Below, one piece after another: positions 27,501 through 35,877 of a stretch of DNA of 64,000 nt (position 1 is the first letter of the stretch; each line of letters opens with the position of its first letter). Source of the stretch: Chloroflexota bacterium (GTDB lineage Bacteria > Chloroflexota > UBA11872); contig OZ253587.1 in assembly GCA_965263175.1 (NCBI GenBank), positions 136,105 through 200,104 on the forward strand. Reading direction: 5' to 3'. A program made the position numbers and the translations under genes. Below the pieces are notes generated by a model that did no database searches, was not told where the DNA came from, and saw nothing but the letters and a program-made list of their open reading frames with translations.

Positions 27501-27762
27501 AGCGGCAGGCACCCGCCTAACGCGGGATCCGTGTGCCCTGTGCGGGGCCGCGCACAGCCCGACCACGGCTGAGGATAGCGTCCCGGCCCGAACGGCGGCT
27601 CTCCCGATGCCTCGCGGGCCCCATCGACGCCCTCCACACTCCGCGACCCTAGTTGTTCAGAGCTTTCCTAGGACTAGGCTCGGGATATAGTTCTGAGAGT
27701 TACGGGCGACGCTGTCCGACAGCCTTGGCTCGCCGAAAGAACCCGGCCTAGCGGAGGACTGC

Positions 27763-28137
27763 GTGGCGGAAACGCCTCTGAACGACACCTCGCACTGGAA
27801 CTCGTTTGGGGCTGTTGAGGGCGCGGTGGAGAAGCTGGCCCAAGGCCATGCGGCGCCGTTCGCCGTGTACCCGGACGAAGCTCCGCGCGGCGTTCCCTGT
27901 TACGTCCGCGGCGAGGACGCGGCCAAGCTGTCAAGGCTCTGGCGCAAGCGTGTCCGAGTCGTGGGACTGCTCCGACGTGATTCCAGCACGGCTCTGCCCT
28001 TGTCCATCCGCGACGTCACCAACACTCAGCTTCTTGAACCGCCAGCTGCCGAGCCCCAGGACCTCTGGGGCATCCTGCCGCCGAGTCCTGGCCCGACGCC
28101 CGAAGAGATCATCCGAGCGGGGTGGGATGGCGTCTGA
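27763..28137 (+). CDS. paralogue of the PIN-partner protein (conserved C-terminal module only)
   Basis: NSFGAVEGAVEKLAQG...RKRVRVVGLLRRDSSTALPLSIRDVTN...EEIIRAGWDGV is about 70% identical to the 21000-21357 module. Confidence 0.5.
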   Translation: MAETPLNDTSHWNSFGAVEGAVEKLAQGHAAPFAVYPDEAPRGVPCYVRGEDAAKLSRLWRKRVRVVGLLRRDSSTALPLSIRDVTNTQLLEPPAAEPQDLWGILPPSPGPTPEEIIRAGWDGV

Positions 28138-28219
28138 CCGTCCACGGCTCTACTGGGACTCGTGCTGCTTCATCTGGCACCGTACTGGAACAGAGACAGA
28201 TTGGCGGCGTGTGTGAAAT
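28127..28219 (+). pseudogene. truncated PIN toxin gene (second copy), only about 30 codons
   Basis: MASDRPRLYWDSCCFIWHRTGTETDWRRV*. The sequence diverges after codon 17, and a MITE sits about 35 bp downstream. Confidence 0.5.
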
Positions 28220-28253
28220 AAAGGCAAGTAAGCTAAAGGCCCGCCCCTATTGT

Positions 28254-28375
28254 GAGACCTTTGCACAACGCCCTTCGTCCGCGAAGGTGCGGCCGCTCTT
28301 GCTCCCTCTCCTCGGGGAGAGGGTTGGGGTGAGGGGTCTTCCGGGCAACAGTCCCTCGGGTTACGCAAAGGTCTC
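28254..28375. mobile_element. MITE-like element, full copy
   Basis: GAGACCTTTGCACAACGCCC...GGGTTACGCAAAGGTCTC. Same family as 7312-7434. Confidence 0.75.
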
Positions 28376-28416
28376 TATTGTGCGGGGGCGGGCCACTCAA
28401 CCTGAAAGGGGCTGAT

Positions 28417-28617
28417 ATGGGACGGAGTGTGACCCTGCGAATTACTACGGTGGTGTTGGTTGCAATCTTGCTGTTCGGCTATATCGGCTTTACTGAAGTC
28501 CGTATCTACACGCTCTTCAACTTCAACTGGCAGGCGATTCAGCGGATAGACGAGGCTGAGAAGCGAATACTTGAATATGAAGATGAAATTGCGCAATTCC
28601 GAGGAAGGACTAGGTAA
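28417..28617 (+). CDS. small membrane protein (66 aa) in a low-GC patch
   Basis: MGRSVTLRITTVVLVAILLFGYIGF... has one TM helix. About 45% GC. The TAATG overlap couples it to the next small ORF. Confidence 0.35.
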   Translation: MGRSVTLRITTVVLVAILLFGYIGFTEVRIYTLFNFNWQAIQRIDEAEKRILEYEDEIAQFRGRTR

Positions 28618-28763
28618 TGTACGGCGATCCGTTCCGGCCCCCAAAGCCAAAGCATATGTCAGTAGGTGATTATCTGAAGGCACAAGCGTTTCGAGGCTGT
28701 GTGTTGCCAATTGTAGGTCTTGCGATTCTCTTGGCTGTGCTCGTGAAACCAAAAGGCCCCTGA
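28617..28763 (+). CDS. small membrane protein (48 aa)
   Basis: MYGDPFRPPKPKHMSVGDYLKAQAFRGCVLPIVGLAILLAVLVKPKGP. Ends inside the terminator hairpin. Confidence 0.3.
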   Translation: MYGDPFRPPKPKHMSVGDYLKAQAFRGCVLPIVGLAILLAVLVKPKGP

Positions 28764-28786
28764 GCCAATGGTCGGCTCAGGGGCCT
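28753..28786. terminator. bidirectional intrinsic terminator-like hairpin GGCCCCTGAGCC-AATGGTC-GGCTCAGGGGCC
   Basis: 12-bp perfect GC-rich stem flanked by A/T-rich sequence on both sides. It separates convergent small-ORF clusters. Confidence 0.5.
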
Positions 28787-28794
28787 AGTAAATA

Positions 28795-28941
28795 CTATGC
28801 GCTTACTTTGATCTGCCACAGCCTCCACAGGACGACAAGGCCCGAAATAACCCATAGCGTTTCCGTTACCACAGGTATCACATAGTGCAGCAGCACGAAT
28901 GAAACTGGTGGGTCGGCGCTGATGAGCGCGCTAGTCATCAT
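28795..28941 (-). CDS. small membrane protein (48 aa)
   Basis: MMTSALISADPPVSFVLLHYVIPVVTETLWVISGLVVLWRLWQIKVSA. Its start overlaps the stop of another small minus-strand ORF (about 28931..29073). Confidence 0.3.
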   Translation of the reverse strand: MMTSALISADPPVSFVLLHYVIPVVTETLWVISGLVVLWRLWQIKVSA

Positions 28942-29078
28942 CCCGGTCCTTTAGGCGTTTTAGGATTCGCGGCAGGTTCCATGCAGCAGCCAGGGCAAGC
29001 ACTGACCACAGGAAATCGGCAATCCCGTCAGCCACGATTGAGATGGTTGCCGCCCAATCGCGTGATAAATACAAGAGA

Positions 29079-29273
29079 TCAATTCCCACGACGAACTTCC
29101 TTACAGGTCATACAGAAAATACTTCCATCGGGTCGATGCACCATGTTGGCCTCATTGCAGATAGGGCAGCGCATTCGACGACCAAAGAAAAAGAACCAAA
29201 TGAAGGCACGCCAGAACCAGTCCCAGGCGAGACGTGGGATGTTCAGGATTCGTTTCATGTGTTTGCCTTTCAA
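29079..29273 (-). CDS. small protein with TM segment and Cys4 zinc ribbon (CPICN...CMTC)
   Basis: MKRILNIPRLAWDWFWRAFIWFFFFGRRMRCPICNEANMVHRPDGSIFCMTCKEV. AT-rich codons. Confidence 0.35.
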   Translation of the reverse strand: MKGKHMKRILNIPRLAWDWFWRAFIWFFFFGRRMRCPICNEANMVHRPDGSIFCMTCKEVRRGN

Positions 29274-29322
29274 TTGAACAGCCCTGGGCAGGTTGTCCCA
29301 CCCACGGCTGCGAGCTTACATG

Positions 29323-29967
29323 CTACGACCTTGGTCTGTAGTCGCCGTCGCCGTATTGTGTCTTGTTCACGTCAATAGTAATAGAATCTTGGCATTTTCC
29401 AGTCCAAGGTGGATTACGGTCCCGCCAGTCCTGTGCACGGATTTTGTATTTGCCGTAGGTGTAGTCACTGTGTGACGGCTCACCTGATCCACCATCGGTT
29501 GTGTACATGTCGGAATTTCCACGCGAGACGTAGGTGCCCAAGAGTGGTGAAACGCCTGTTTCCCATCGGTACCACAACGCTGGTTCACCAAAGGCGATCA
29601 GGTAGCCGTCGTAGCACCATTCTGTCCGAGATGTGAGTTTGTACATCATGGCCCGAGTGATCGGGACACGGTGCATACGGATAACCGTTGTTTCCTTGCA
29701 CCTGACATCACCTGACGCCGCTGCCGACATTGCGGCCACGTTGAACATCGGGTAGTTTGGTGCGGCGCTCAGCACAGTGGTCGAGGCAAGTGGAACATCG
29801 CGAGTGATCACTTCAAATGTTTCAACCCCTGGTGGGTCAACCGGTACGTCGTCAATGGCAGGGGGTTCAGGTACCGGACCCTTCGCGCTGACGCTCCCGA
29901 TCATCAGGGCCGCCAGGAATGCAAGCCTCCGAAATTCAATTAACGCATTCAGGTGAAAAGTGGACAC
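29323..29967 (-). CDS. secreted hypothetical protein (Tat-like signal), low-GC
   Basis: Putative GTG start giving MSTFHLNALIEFRRLAFLAALMIGSVSA|KGP (RRxFL motif). About 50% GC against 68% for the genome. No family recognised. Confidence 0.4.
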   Translation of the reverse strand: MSTFHLNALIEFRRLAFLAALMIGSVSAKGPVPEPPAIDDVPVDPPGVETFEVITRDVPLASTTVLSAAPNYPMFNVAAMSAAASGDVRCKETTVIRMHRVPITRAMMYKLTSRTEWCYDGYLIAFGEPALWYRWETGVSPLLGTYVSRGNSDMYTTDGGSGEPSHSDYTYGKYKIRAQDWRDRNPPWTGKCQDSITIDVNKTQYGDGDYRPRS

Positions 29968-30038
29968 GTCGCCGGGAAAAGTGAACACATTCGGGCGAAA
30001 ATCGAACACATCGCCGCAAACACGGTGAACACGGCCTC
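29955..30038. repeat. four tandem about-21-bp direct repeats (GAAAAGTGRACACRTCGSCGS core), iteron-like
   Basis: Units at 29955, 29976, 29997 and 30018, lying at or within the 5' end and promoter of the secreted-protein gene. Confidence 0.6.
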
Positions 30039-30120
30039 CGCCTCCGTGTACGGCTGCCGGCACCCCAGCGGCGGCGCGTCGCCAATCCCGTCAGCCCCGC
30101 CCTGCCCGGCCGCGTCGACC

Positions 30121-30165
30121 CCTGAGCCGGTCGAAGGGCCTGCCCTGAGCCTTTCGAAGGGCCCA
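30121..30165. repeat. two tandem about-21-bp direct repeats, CCTGAGCCGGTCGAAGGGCCTG / CCCTGAGCCTTTCGAAGGGCC
   Basis: Seen in sequence, inside a 600-bp non-coding stretch upstream of pepF. Confidence 0.5.
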
Positions 30166-30590
30166 CTCATGGGTTCGCCCGAGCCTGTCCTGCACCGGTC
30201 GACTCACCCGCCACCACCGGCAGGCGGTGGCTTCTGTAAGAGGCCGCCTGGCGTGCCCACAACCCCGAGCCCCCAACTCCAGACTTGTCATTCGTAATCA
30301 TCTCGTGTACACTATCGCACAGCCCCCTTGCCCTGCCCCCGGAACTCCATGCCCCCACGTCATGCCCGTCTGCCCACCCTCCCCATCTTCCTCCGCACGC
30401 TCGGACTCTGCCCACGCTCCGTCCTCCCGGTATGCCCACACCCTTGGGCGTCTAGCCCTGCCCCAAAATCCCGCCCAAGCTGCCTCTGGCCAGAGGCAGT
30501 TCCCCCCTTCACCCCCCGCCGGACCCGCGGTGCGGGCAAACCGCCGATAATGCAGCCATACACCGACTGCACGACCACTAGGGAGCACGG

Positions 30591-32405
30591 ATGAGTACGA
30601 CCGCCGCGGCGCCGACCAGTAGCGCGGACGGGGTGACCTGGGACCTCAGCGTCCTCTACGACAACCCCGACGACCCGAAGATCGCGGCGGACCTTGATGC
30701 GGTCGCCGAGCGCGCCGCGGCCTTCGAGAAGCGCTACCGGGGGCAGGTTGCCGGCCTGGACGCGGCTGGCCTGCGCGACGCGGTATCGGAACTGCAGGAC
30801 ATCCACGAGGCCATGGACCATCCGGCCATCTACGCCCACCTGCTGCACGCCGGCAAGACGGACGAGCCGACCCATGGCCGGCTGGTGGTCCTCACTCAGG
30901 AACGCAGCACGGCTATCAACCGGCACCTGATCTTCTTCGACCTGGAGTGGATCAAGGTTGACGACGACCGCGCCGCGGAACTGTTGGCCGACCCGATCCT
31001 GCAGGACTTCGCCTACATGCTGCGCCTTGAGCGCCGCTACAAGCCCCACCGGCTGTCCGAGGGCGAAGAGCAGCTATTGGACGAAAAAGCCAACACCGGC
31101 AGCCGCGCCTGGAGCCGCCTCTTCGGCGAACTCACCAGCCGCCTCACCTGCGAGGTGACCCTGGCCGGGGAGACCCGCACGCTCACCCAGGCCGAAACCC
31201 TGGCCCTCAGCTACCACCCCGATCGCGAAGCCCGGAAGTCGGCGGCCGACGGCATGACCGCCACCCTGCGCGACAGCCTCCATCCCCTCACTTACGTCTT
31301 CAACATCCGCCTGCAGGACCACGCCACCGACGACCGGCTGCGCAGCTATCCCACGGCCATGGCTTCCCGCAACCTGGCCAACCAGATCACCCAGGACTCG
31401 GTGGATGCCCTGGTGGCGGCCTGCGTGCGCGGCTTTCCCATCGTGGGGCGCTACTACCGGCTCAAGCAGCGCCTGCTGGGTCTGGACGAACTGTTCGACT
31501 ACGACCGCTACGCCCCGCTCAGTTCCGACCTGCCGTCCTACGACTGGGCCATCGGCAAGGACGTGGTGCTGGAGAGCTACCACGCCTTCTCCAGCACGCT
31601 GGGAGGCATTGCCCAGCGGGCATTCGACGAGCGCTGGATCGACGCCGAACTGCGTCCCGCCAAGCGCGGCGGGGCCTTCAGCATGGGCGGCACGCCCAGC
31701 ACGCATCCCTACATCCTGGCGAGCTACACGGACACCGTGCGCGACGTGATGACGCTGGCCCATGAAATGGGCCACACCGTGCATCAGTACCTGTCCTACG
31801 GCGTGGGCTACCTGCAGGCGCATACGCCGCTGACCACGGCTGAAACAGCCTCGGTGTTCGGCGAGATGATCGTCTTTCGCCGCCTGCTCCAGGCCCAGCC
31901 CTCGGCCGCCGCCCGCCTGGGACTTCTGGCCAGCAAAATCGAGGACCACTTCGCCACGGTCTTCCGCCAGATCGCCATGCACAACTTCGAGTTCCGGGCC
32001 CACCAGGCCCGCCGCGAGGAGGGCGAACTCTCGTCGGACCGCCTCAGCGACCTGTGGTTCCAGGCCAATGGCGAGATGTTCGACGGCTCGGTAACGCTGC
32101 GCGACGACTACCGCGTCTGGTGGAGCTACATCCCCCACTTCATCGGCTCGCCCTTCTACGTGCATGCCTACGCCTTCGGCGACCTGCTGGTACTCGGACT
32201 GCTACAGCGCTACCAGGAGCAGGGCGCCGCCTTTGAGCCGCGCTACGTGGAGATGCTGTCCAAGGGCGGCTCGGTCAGCCCCAACGCGTTGCTCGAACCG
32301 TTCGGGATCGACCTGGCCGACCCGACCTTCTGGGACGGCGGCGTACGGCTGCTGGGCGACCTGGTGACCGAAGCCGAAACGCTGGCCGAGGAGGCCGTCA
32401 CGTGA
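30591..32405 (+). CDS. pepF: oligoendopeptidase F (M3B family)
   Basis: HEMGHTVH zinc motif (HExxH). About 604 aa with PepF-like architecture. An AGGGAG RBS lies upstream. Confidence 0.75.
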   Translation: MSTTAAAPTSSADGVTWDLSVLYDNPDDPKIAADLDAVAERAAAFEKRYRGQVAGLDAAGLRDAVSELQDIHEAMDHPAIYAHLLHAGKTDEPTHGRLVVLTQERSTAINRHLIFFDLEWIKVDDDRAAELLADPILQDFAYMLRLERRYKPHRLSEGEEQLLDEKANTGSRAWSRLFGELTSRLTCEVTLAGETRTLTQAETLALSYHPDREARKSAADGMTATLRDSLHPLTYVFNIRLQDHATDDRLRSYPTAMASRNLANQITQDSVDALVAACVRGFPIVGRYYRLKQRLLGLDELFDYDRYAPLSSDLPSYDWAIGKDVVLESYHAFSSTLGGIAQRAFDERWIDAELRPAKRGGAFSMGGTPSTHPYILASYTDTVRDVMTLAHEMGHTVHQYLSYGVGYLQAHTPLTTAETASVFGEMIVFRRLLQAQPSAAARLGLLASKIEDHFATVFRQIAMHNFEFRAHQARREEGELSSDRLSDLWFQANGEMFDGSVTLRDDYRVWWSYIPHFIGSPFYVHAYAFGDLLVLGLLQRYQEQGAAFEPRYVEMLSKGGSVSPNALLEPFGIDLADPTFWDGGVRLLGDLVTEAETLAEEAVT

Positions 32406-33721
32406 CGACGCCGAACGGGGTGCTGGAGGCCGTCGGATCTCCGGCCATCAGCCTGGCGGAGGTGGCCGGTCTGGTCGGCGAGGCTCTTCGGAGCGCCCCG
32501 GCCGGCGAGCGCCGCTTCCTGGTGCTGGTTCCCGACTCGACGCGCAAGGCCCCGGTGGCCGACGTGTTCCGCGCCATCCACGACGCCGTGGACGGCCGGG
32601 CCGACCGGGTGGACGCCATGATCGCCCAGGGAACTCACGGACCCATGTCCGCCGCCGAGAAGCGCGCCTGGGTATTCGGCGGCGCCCGCTACCCGCGCAG
32701 CACCGTCTTCGACCACGCCTGGGACGACCCTGACGCGCTGACGCCCCTGGGCGTGGTTCCGCTGGACGACCAACTGGACCGCTTCGGCGAGAACCGCGAA
32801 TTCGCGCCCCTGCTGGGGTTCGACGGCGACATGCGCATTCGCGTCAACGCCAAGCTGCTGGAATACGACCGCCTGGTGCTGCTCACCCGCGTGCAGCCGC
32901 ACGAGGTCGCTGGCTTCGCGGGCGGGGCCAAGCAAATCTTCCCCGGCGTCTCGGGCCCGGAAATGATCAGCCTGCTGCACGCCATCGGCAGCCTGCGAAC
33001 CAACCGCGGCATCCACGGCGTCATGCCCAACCCCGTGCGCGACCTGATCGACGACATGGCGCTGAACCTGCCCAACCCCATCACCACCATCGGGCTGGTG
33101 ATCGATGACGACAGCGACGCCATCCACGGCGCCTTCGTGCAGCCGGACGGCTGGCGCGAATGCGTGGAGCAAGCGGCCGCACTCAGCGCCGCCGTCAACA
33201 TCCGCTACGTCCCGCGGCGCGTCCGGCGCGTGGTGGCGGCCCTGCCCCAGCGTAAGGACGGCAGCTGGCTTTACCCCGACCTCTGGACCGGCGCCAAGGG
33301 CGTGCTCAAGACCGAGGACGCCGTGGCGGACGGCGGCGAACTGGTGGTCTGGGCGCCCAATATCGACTCCATCTCCGACGCCCACGGCGACCTCATCAGC
33401 ACCATCGGCTACCACACCTACGCCTACTTCCTCTCGCGACCCGAGTCCTGGCAGCGCGCCGGCGCCACGCCGCTGGCCCTGAACGGCAGCGCCCTGATGA
33501 AGGGCGAGGGCCGCATGGCCGCCGGCCGTGAAGTCCCCCGCATCGACGTGCGCATCGCCACTGCCATCCCGCCCGACGCCTGCGCCCGCATGAACATCGG
33601 CTACGAGAACCCCGACGCCGTGGCCGCCGAGATCGCCGCCACGCCCCCCAACGCCATCGCCGACGACCGCCTCATCGTCCCCAACGCCGGCGGCATCCTC
33701 TGGCGATATCGTGCATCCTGA
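32402..33721 (+). CDS. lactate racemase (LarA) N-terminal domain / DUF2088 family protein
   Basis: LVLVPDSTRKAPVADVFRAI...VDAMIAQGTHGPMSAAEK matches the LarA_N signature. GTGA overlap with the pepF stop. Confidence 0.55.
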   Translation: MTTPNGVLEAVGSPAISLAEVAGLVGEALRSAPAGERRFLVLVPDSTRKAPVADVFRAIHDAVDGRADRVDAMIAQGTHGPMSAAEKRAWVFGGARYPRSTVFDHAWDDPDALTPLGVVPLDDQLDRFGENREFAPLLGFDGDMRIRVNAKLLEYDRLVLLTRVQPHEVAGFAGGAKQIFPGVSGPEMISLLHAIGSLRTNRGIHGVMPNPVRDLIDDMALNLPNPITTIGLVIDDDSDAIHGAFVQPDGWRECVEQAAALSAAVNIRYVPRRVRRVVAALPQRKDGSWLYPDLWTGAKGVLKTEDAVADGGELVVWAPNIDSISDAHGDLISTIGYHTYAYFLSRPESWQRAGATPLALNGSALMKGEGRMAAGREVPRIDVRIATAIPPDACARMNIGYENPDAVAAEIAATPPNAIADDRLIVPNAGGILWRYRAS

Positions 33722-33873
33722 CGCGCCCCGCGTAGCCGCTCCCTCCGACCGGCTGGATCCCGTGACGCGCCCCCGATACGCTGGCCGCCGTGATGAATAT
33801 CCGCCGCTCGTATCGTCCCGTCCCCACAAGCTCACCATCAAGGTTCCCGGCGCCCGAGGGCCGCTAGTCAGCG

Positions 33874-34464
33874 ATGACCGTCAACCTTCTGCCGGAATTC
33901 ATCAGGTCGAACTACGAAGTTCACGAGACAAAGCACAGCTGCGCGATCCTCAGAGGCGACTTTCCTGGGGAATGGCGTGATCTGGTCGATATGCTGACCG
34001 AGTTCAGGCTGCTGGAAAGCTATGTGTCAACGCCGGGAGGCAGGAAGTCTCGGGTGTCAAGTTTTATAGACTCCTACTTGTATAACCGATGTTGGTTAGA
34101 GAAAGAGTTTGAAACCAAGGTGGTTGTGGACGGTCAAGAAAGCGAGCAGCCCACGCATAAGATCGACTGCTTCCGCAACCGGATAGCCTTGGAGATCGAA
34201 TGGAACAACAAAGACACGTTCTATGACCGCGACCTCAACAACTTCAGGCTGTTGTTCGATTTGCATGCGGTGAGTGTTGGAATTATCATCACACGGTCCG
34301 ACGACCTTCAGGAAATCTTCAATCAGCTGGGCCGGGGCAAGTCGTACGGGTCGTCAACCACACACATGTCCAAGCTGTTGCCGCGTTTGGCCGGCGGCGG
34401 CGGCGGCGGTTGCCCGGTTCTGGCTTTTGGTATCACGTCCAAGCTATATGTCCCTGGGGAATAG
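33874..34464 (+). CDS. type II restriction endonuclease, BglII/BamHI/BstYI family (R1)
   Basis: IDCFRNRIALEIEWNNKDTFYDRDLNNFRLLF...GIIITRSD aligns to the BglII core DFGKRDTLVEVQFSNYPFLLNN...AIIITKG (ExE variant). About 52% GC. Contains a (GGC)6 run encoding GGGGGG. Confidence 0.65.
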   Translation: MTVNLLPEFIRSNYEVHETKHSCAILRGDFPGEWRDLVDMLTEFRLLESYVSTPGGRKSRVSSFIDSYLYNRCWLEKEFETKVVVDGQESEQPTHKIDCFRNRIALEIEWNNKDTFYDRDLNNFRLLFDLHAVSVGIIITRSDDLQEIFNQLGRGKSYGSSTTHMSKLLPRLAGGGGGGCPVLAFGITSKLYVPGE

Positions 34465-34467
34465 GGC

Positions 34468-35136
34468 GTGAGCATCTCCCAGGGCCTGTTGGATGGATTT
34501 GAGGAACAGAGGTTTTCGACCATTCTCGCCGACCCACCGTGGCAGTTTCAGAACCGCACCGGCAAGGTTGCTCCAGAGCACCGGCGACTTTCCCGCTATC
34601 AAACGTTGTCACTGGAAGAGATCTGCGACCTTCCGGTAGCGTCCATAGCGGCTGATCCTGCACACCTGTACTTGTGGGTGCCCAACGCGCTATTGGCCGA
34701 AGGTCTCAAGGTCATGCAATGCTGGGGGTTTACGTACAAAACGAATCTCATCTGGTACAAGGTCCGAAAGGACGGCGGCCCGGACCGGCGCGGCGTCGGG
34801 TTCTATTTCAGGAACGTAACGGAGATTCTCCTATTTGGTGTACGTGGAAAGAACGCGCGAACCCTGCCACCAGGCCGCAGCCAGGAGAACATCATTACTT
34901 CAAGGAAACGGGAGCATAGCCGCAAACCGGACGAGCAGTACCCCATCATCGAGGCGTGCAGCCCCGCCCCACGAGTCGAGTTGTTTGCCCGCGGGTCCCG
35001 CCCCGGCTGGCATACGTGGGGCGACCAGAGCGAGAACTACACCCCGGACTGGAGTACGTACGCCAACCACTCCCAGGTCGTCCGGTCGCAGGAAGCACCA
35101 CGACCGCCATCCTTGCCGACAAGCGCGCGCTTATGA
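34468..35136 (+). CDS. MT-A70 family N6-adenine DNA methyltransferase (M)
   Basis: ILADPPWQFQNRTGK (DPPW motif). GTG start 4 nt after the R1 stop. About 52% GC. Confidence 0.7.
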   Translation: MSISQGLLDGFEEQRFSTILADPPWQFQNRTGKVAPEHRRLSRYQTLSLEEICDLPVASIAADPAHLYLWVPNALLAEGLKVMQCWGFTYKTNLIWYKVRKDGGPDRRGVGFYFRNVTEILLFGVRGKNARTLPPGRSQENIITSRKREHSRKPDEQYPIIEACSPAPRVELFARGSRPGWHTWGDQSENYTPDWSTYANHSQVVRSQEAPRPPSLPTSARL

Positions 35137-35316
35137 GTCTCGGCTGCCGGGAGTTCTAGACGGTGGGCACATTCAGAGGCGGTTGATGTCGGCAAGCCGG
35201 TGGTCCGCGCGACCCGTGGCATGCTCTGGTACTATTGAGCGTCCTGAATCGGGGCCGGCGCTTCAGGTCACCCGCTGTTGCGACCTTTGGTCGATCGCTA
35301 GGAGCGCACCCCAGCA

Positions 35317-35832
35317 ATGAGGACCGTCCACAAGTACTCGCACCTTGGCGGTGCTGAAATACTTCAGGTTCGCCATCCCGAAGTTATGGCCGATATTCGT
35401 GCTGTGATTACCGCCGTTGCGCCAACCGGGTTGATGATGGGTGCCGAAGCGACCTCGCACGGGCAGTGGTCCCACCCGCCCGTGGACGTAGCTGACCAGT
35501 TCGCAGTGGAGTTCCACAGCCGTGGATTCCAGACAGCCCGCGATCCAAACGCCGCTGTTGACGCTTGCGGGCAGATCGCCTTCGTCAAGCAAAAGGTCTA
35601 CGTCGAGGTTCAGCTTAGCGCGCAACCCTTCGTGTTTTACGACTCGGCAAAGTTCCAGCACTTCTATCACAATGGCCAGGCGGAGGTTGCCGTCAAAATC
35701 GGACTGGCTCACGCACGTTTCCAACCGGTGCCGCGCGGGGTGTCGGGCGCCGACCAGCCTCTGTGCGACATTGAGCGTATGAAGCACTGTTTTCCAGTTG
35801 TGCCGATTAGCGTCCTGTTGGTTGATGTCTAG
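35317..35832 (+). CDS. second BglII-family restriction endonuclease homologue (R2)
   Basis: N-terminus YSHLGGAEILQV aligns to BglII YNHADEILNPQ. Core VDACGQIAFVKQKVYVEVQLSAQPFVFYDS aligns to BglII DIDFGKRDTLVEVQFSNYPFLLNN, including the EVQ catalytic triplet. C-terminus GQAEVAVKIGL...CFPVVPISVLLV aligns to EGMKVAIIITKG...VFDVPIRLVGLI. Confidence 0.55.
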   Translation: MRTVHKYSHLGGAEILQVRHPEVMADIRAVITAVAPTGLMMGAEATSHGQWSHPPVDVADQFAVEFHSRGFQTARDPNAAVDACGQIAFVKQKVYVEVQLSAQPFVFYDSAKFQHFYHNGQAEVAVKIGLAHARFQPVPRGVSGADQPLCDIERMKHCFPVVPISVLLVDV

Positions 35833-35877
35833 AGCGGCCGCCTGTCCGGTCCGCTGACCGTCGTCCCTGCCAATCTG

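Noticed and set aside
31074-33841. Long minus-strand ORFs (363 aa and 532 aa) opposite pepF and the LarA-like gene
   Set aside because: Antisense to genes with unambiguous motifs (HEMGHTVH, LarA_N). Compositionally biased Gly/Ala/Val/Asp runs.
34393-34413. (GGC)6 trinucleotide tract inside the R1 endonuclease gene as a possible phase-variation switch
   Set aside because: Unit length is 3, so slippage changes glycine number without frameshifting. It is not an on/off switch, though it could modulate a loop length. Noted under the R-M-R finding only.
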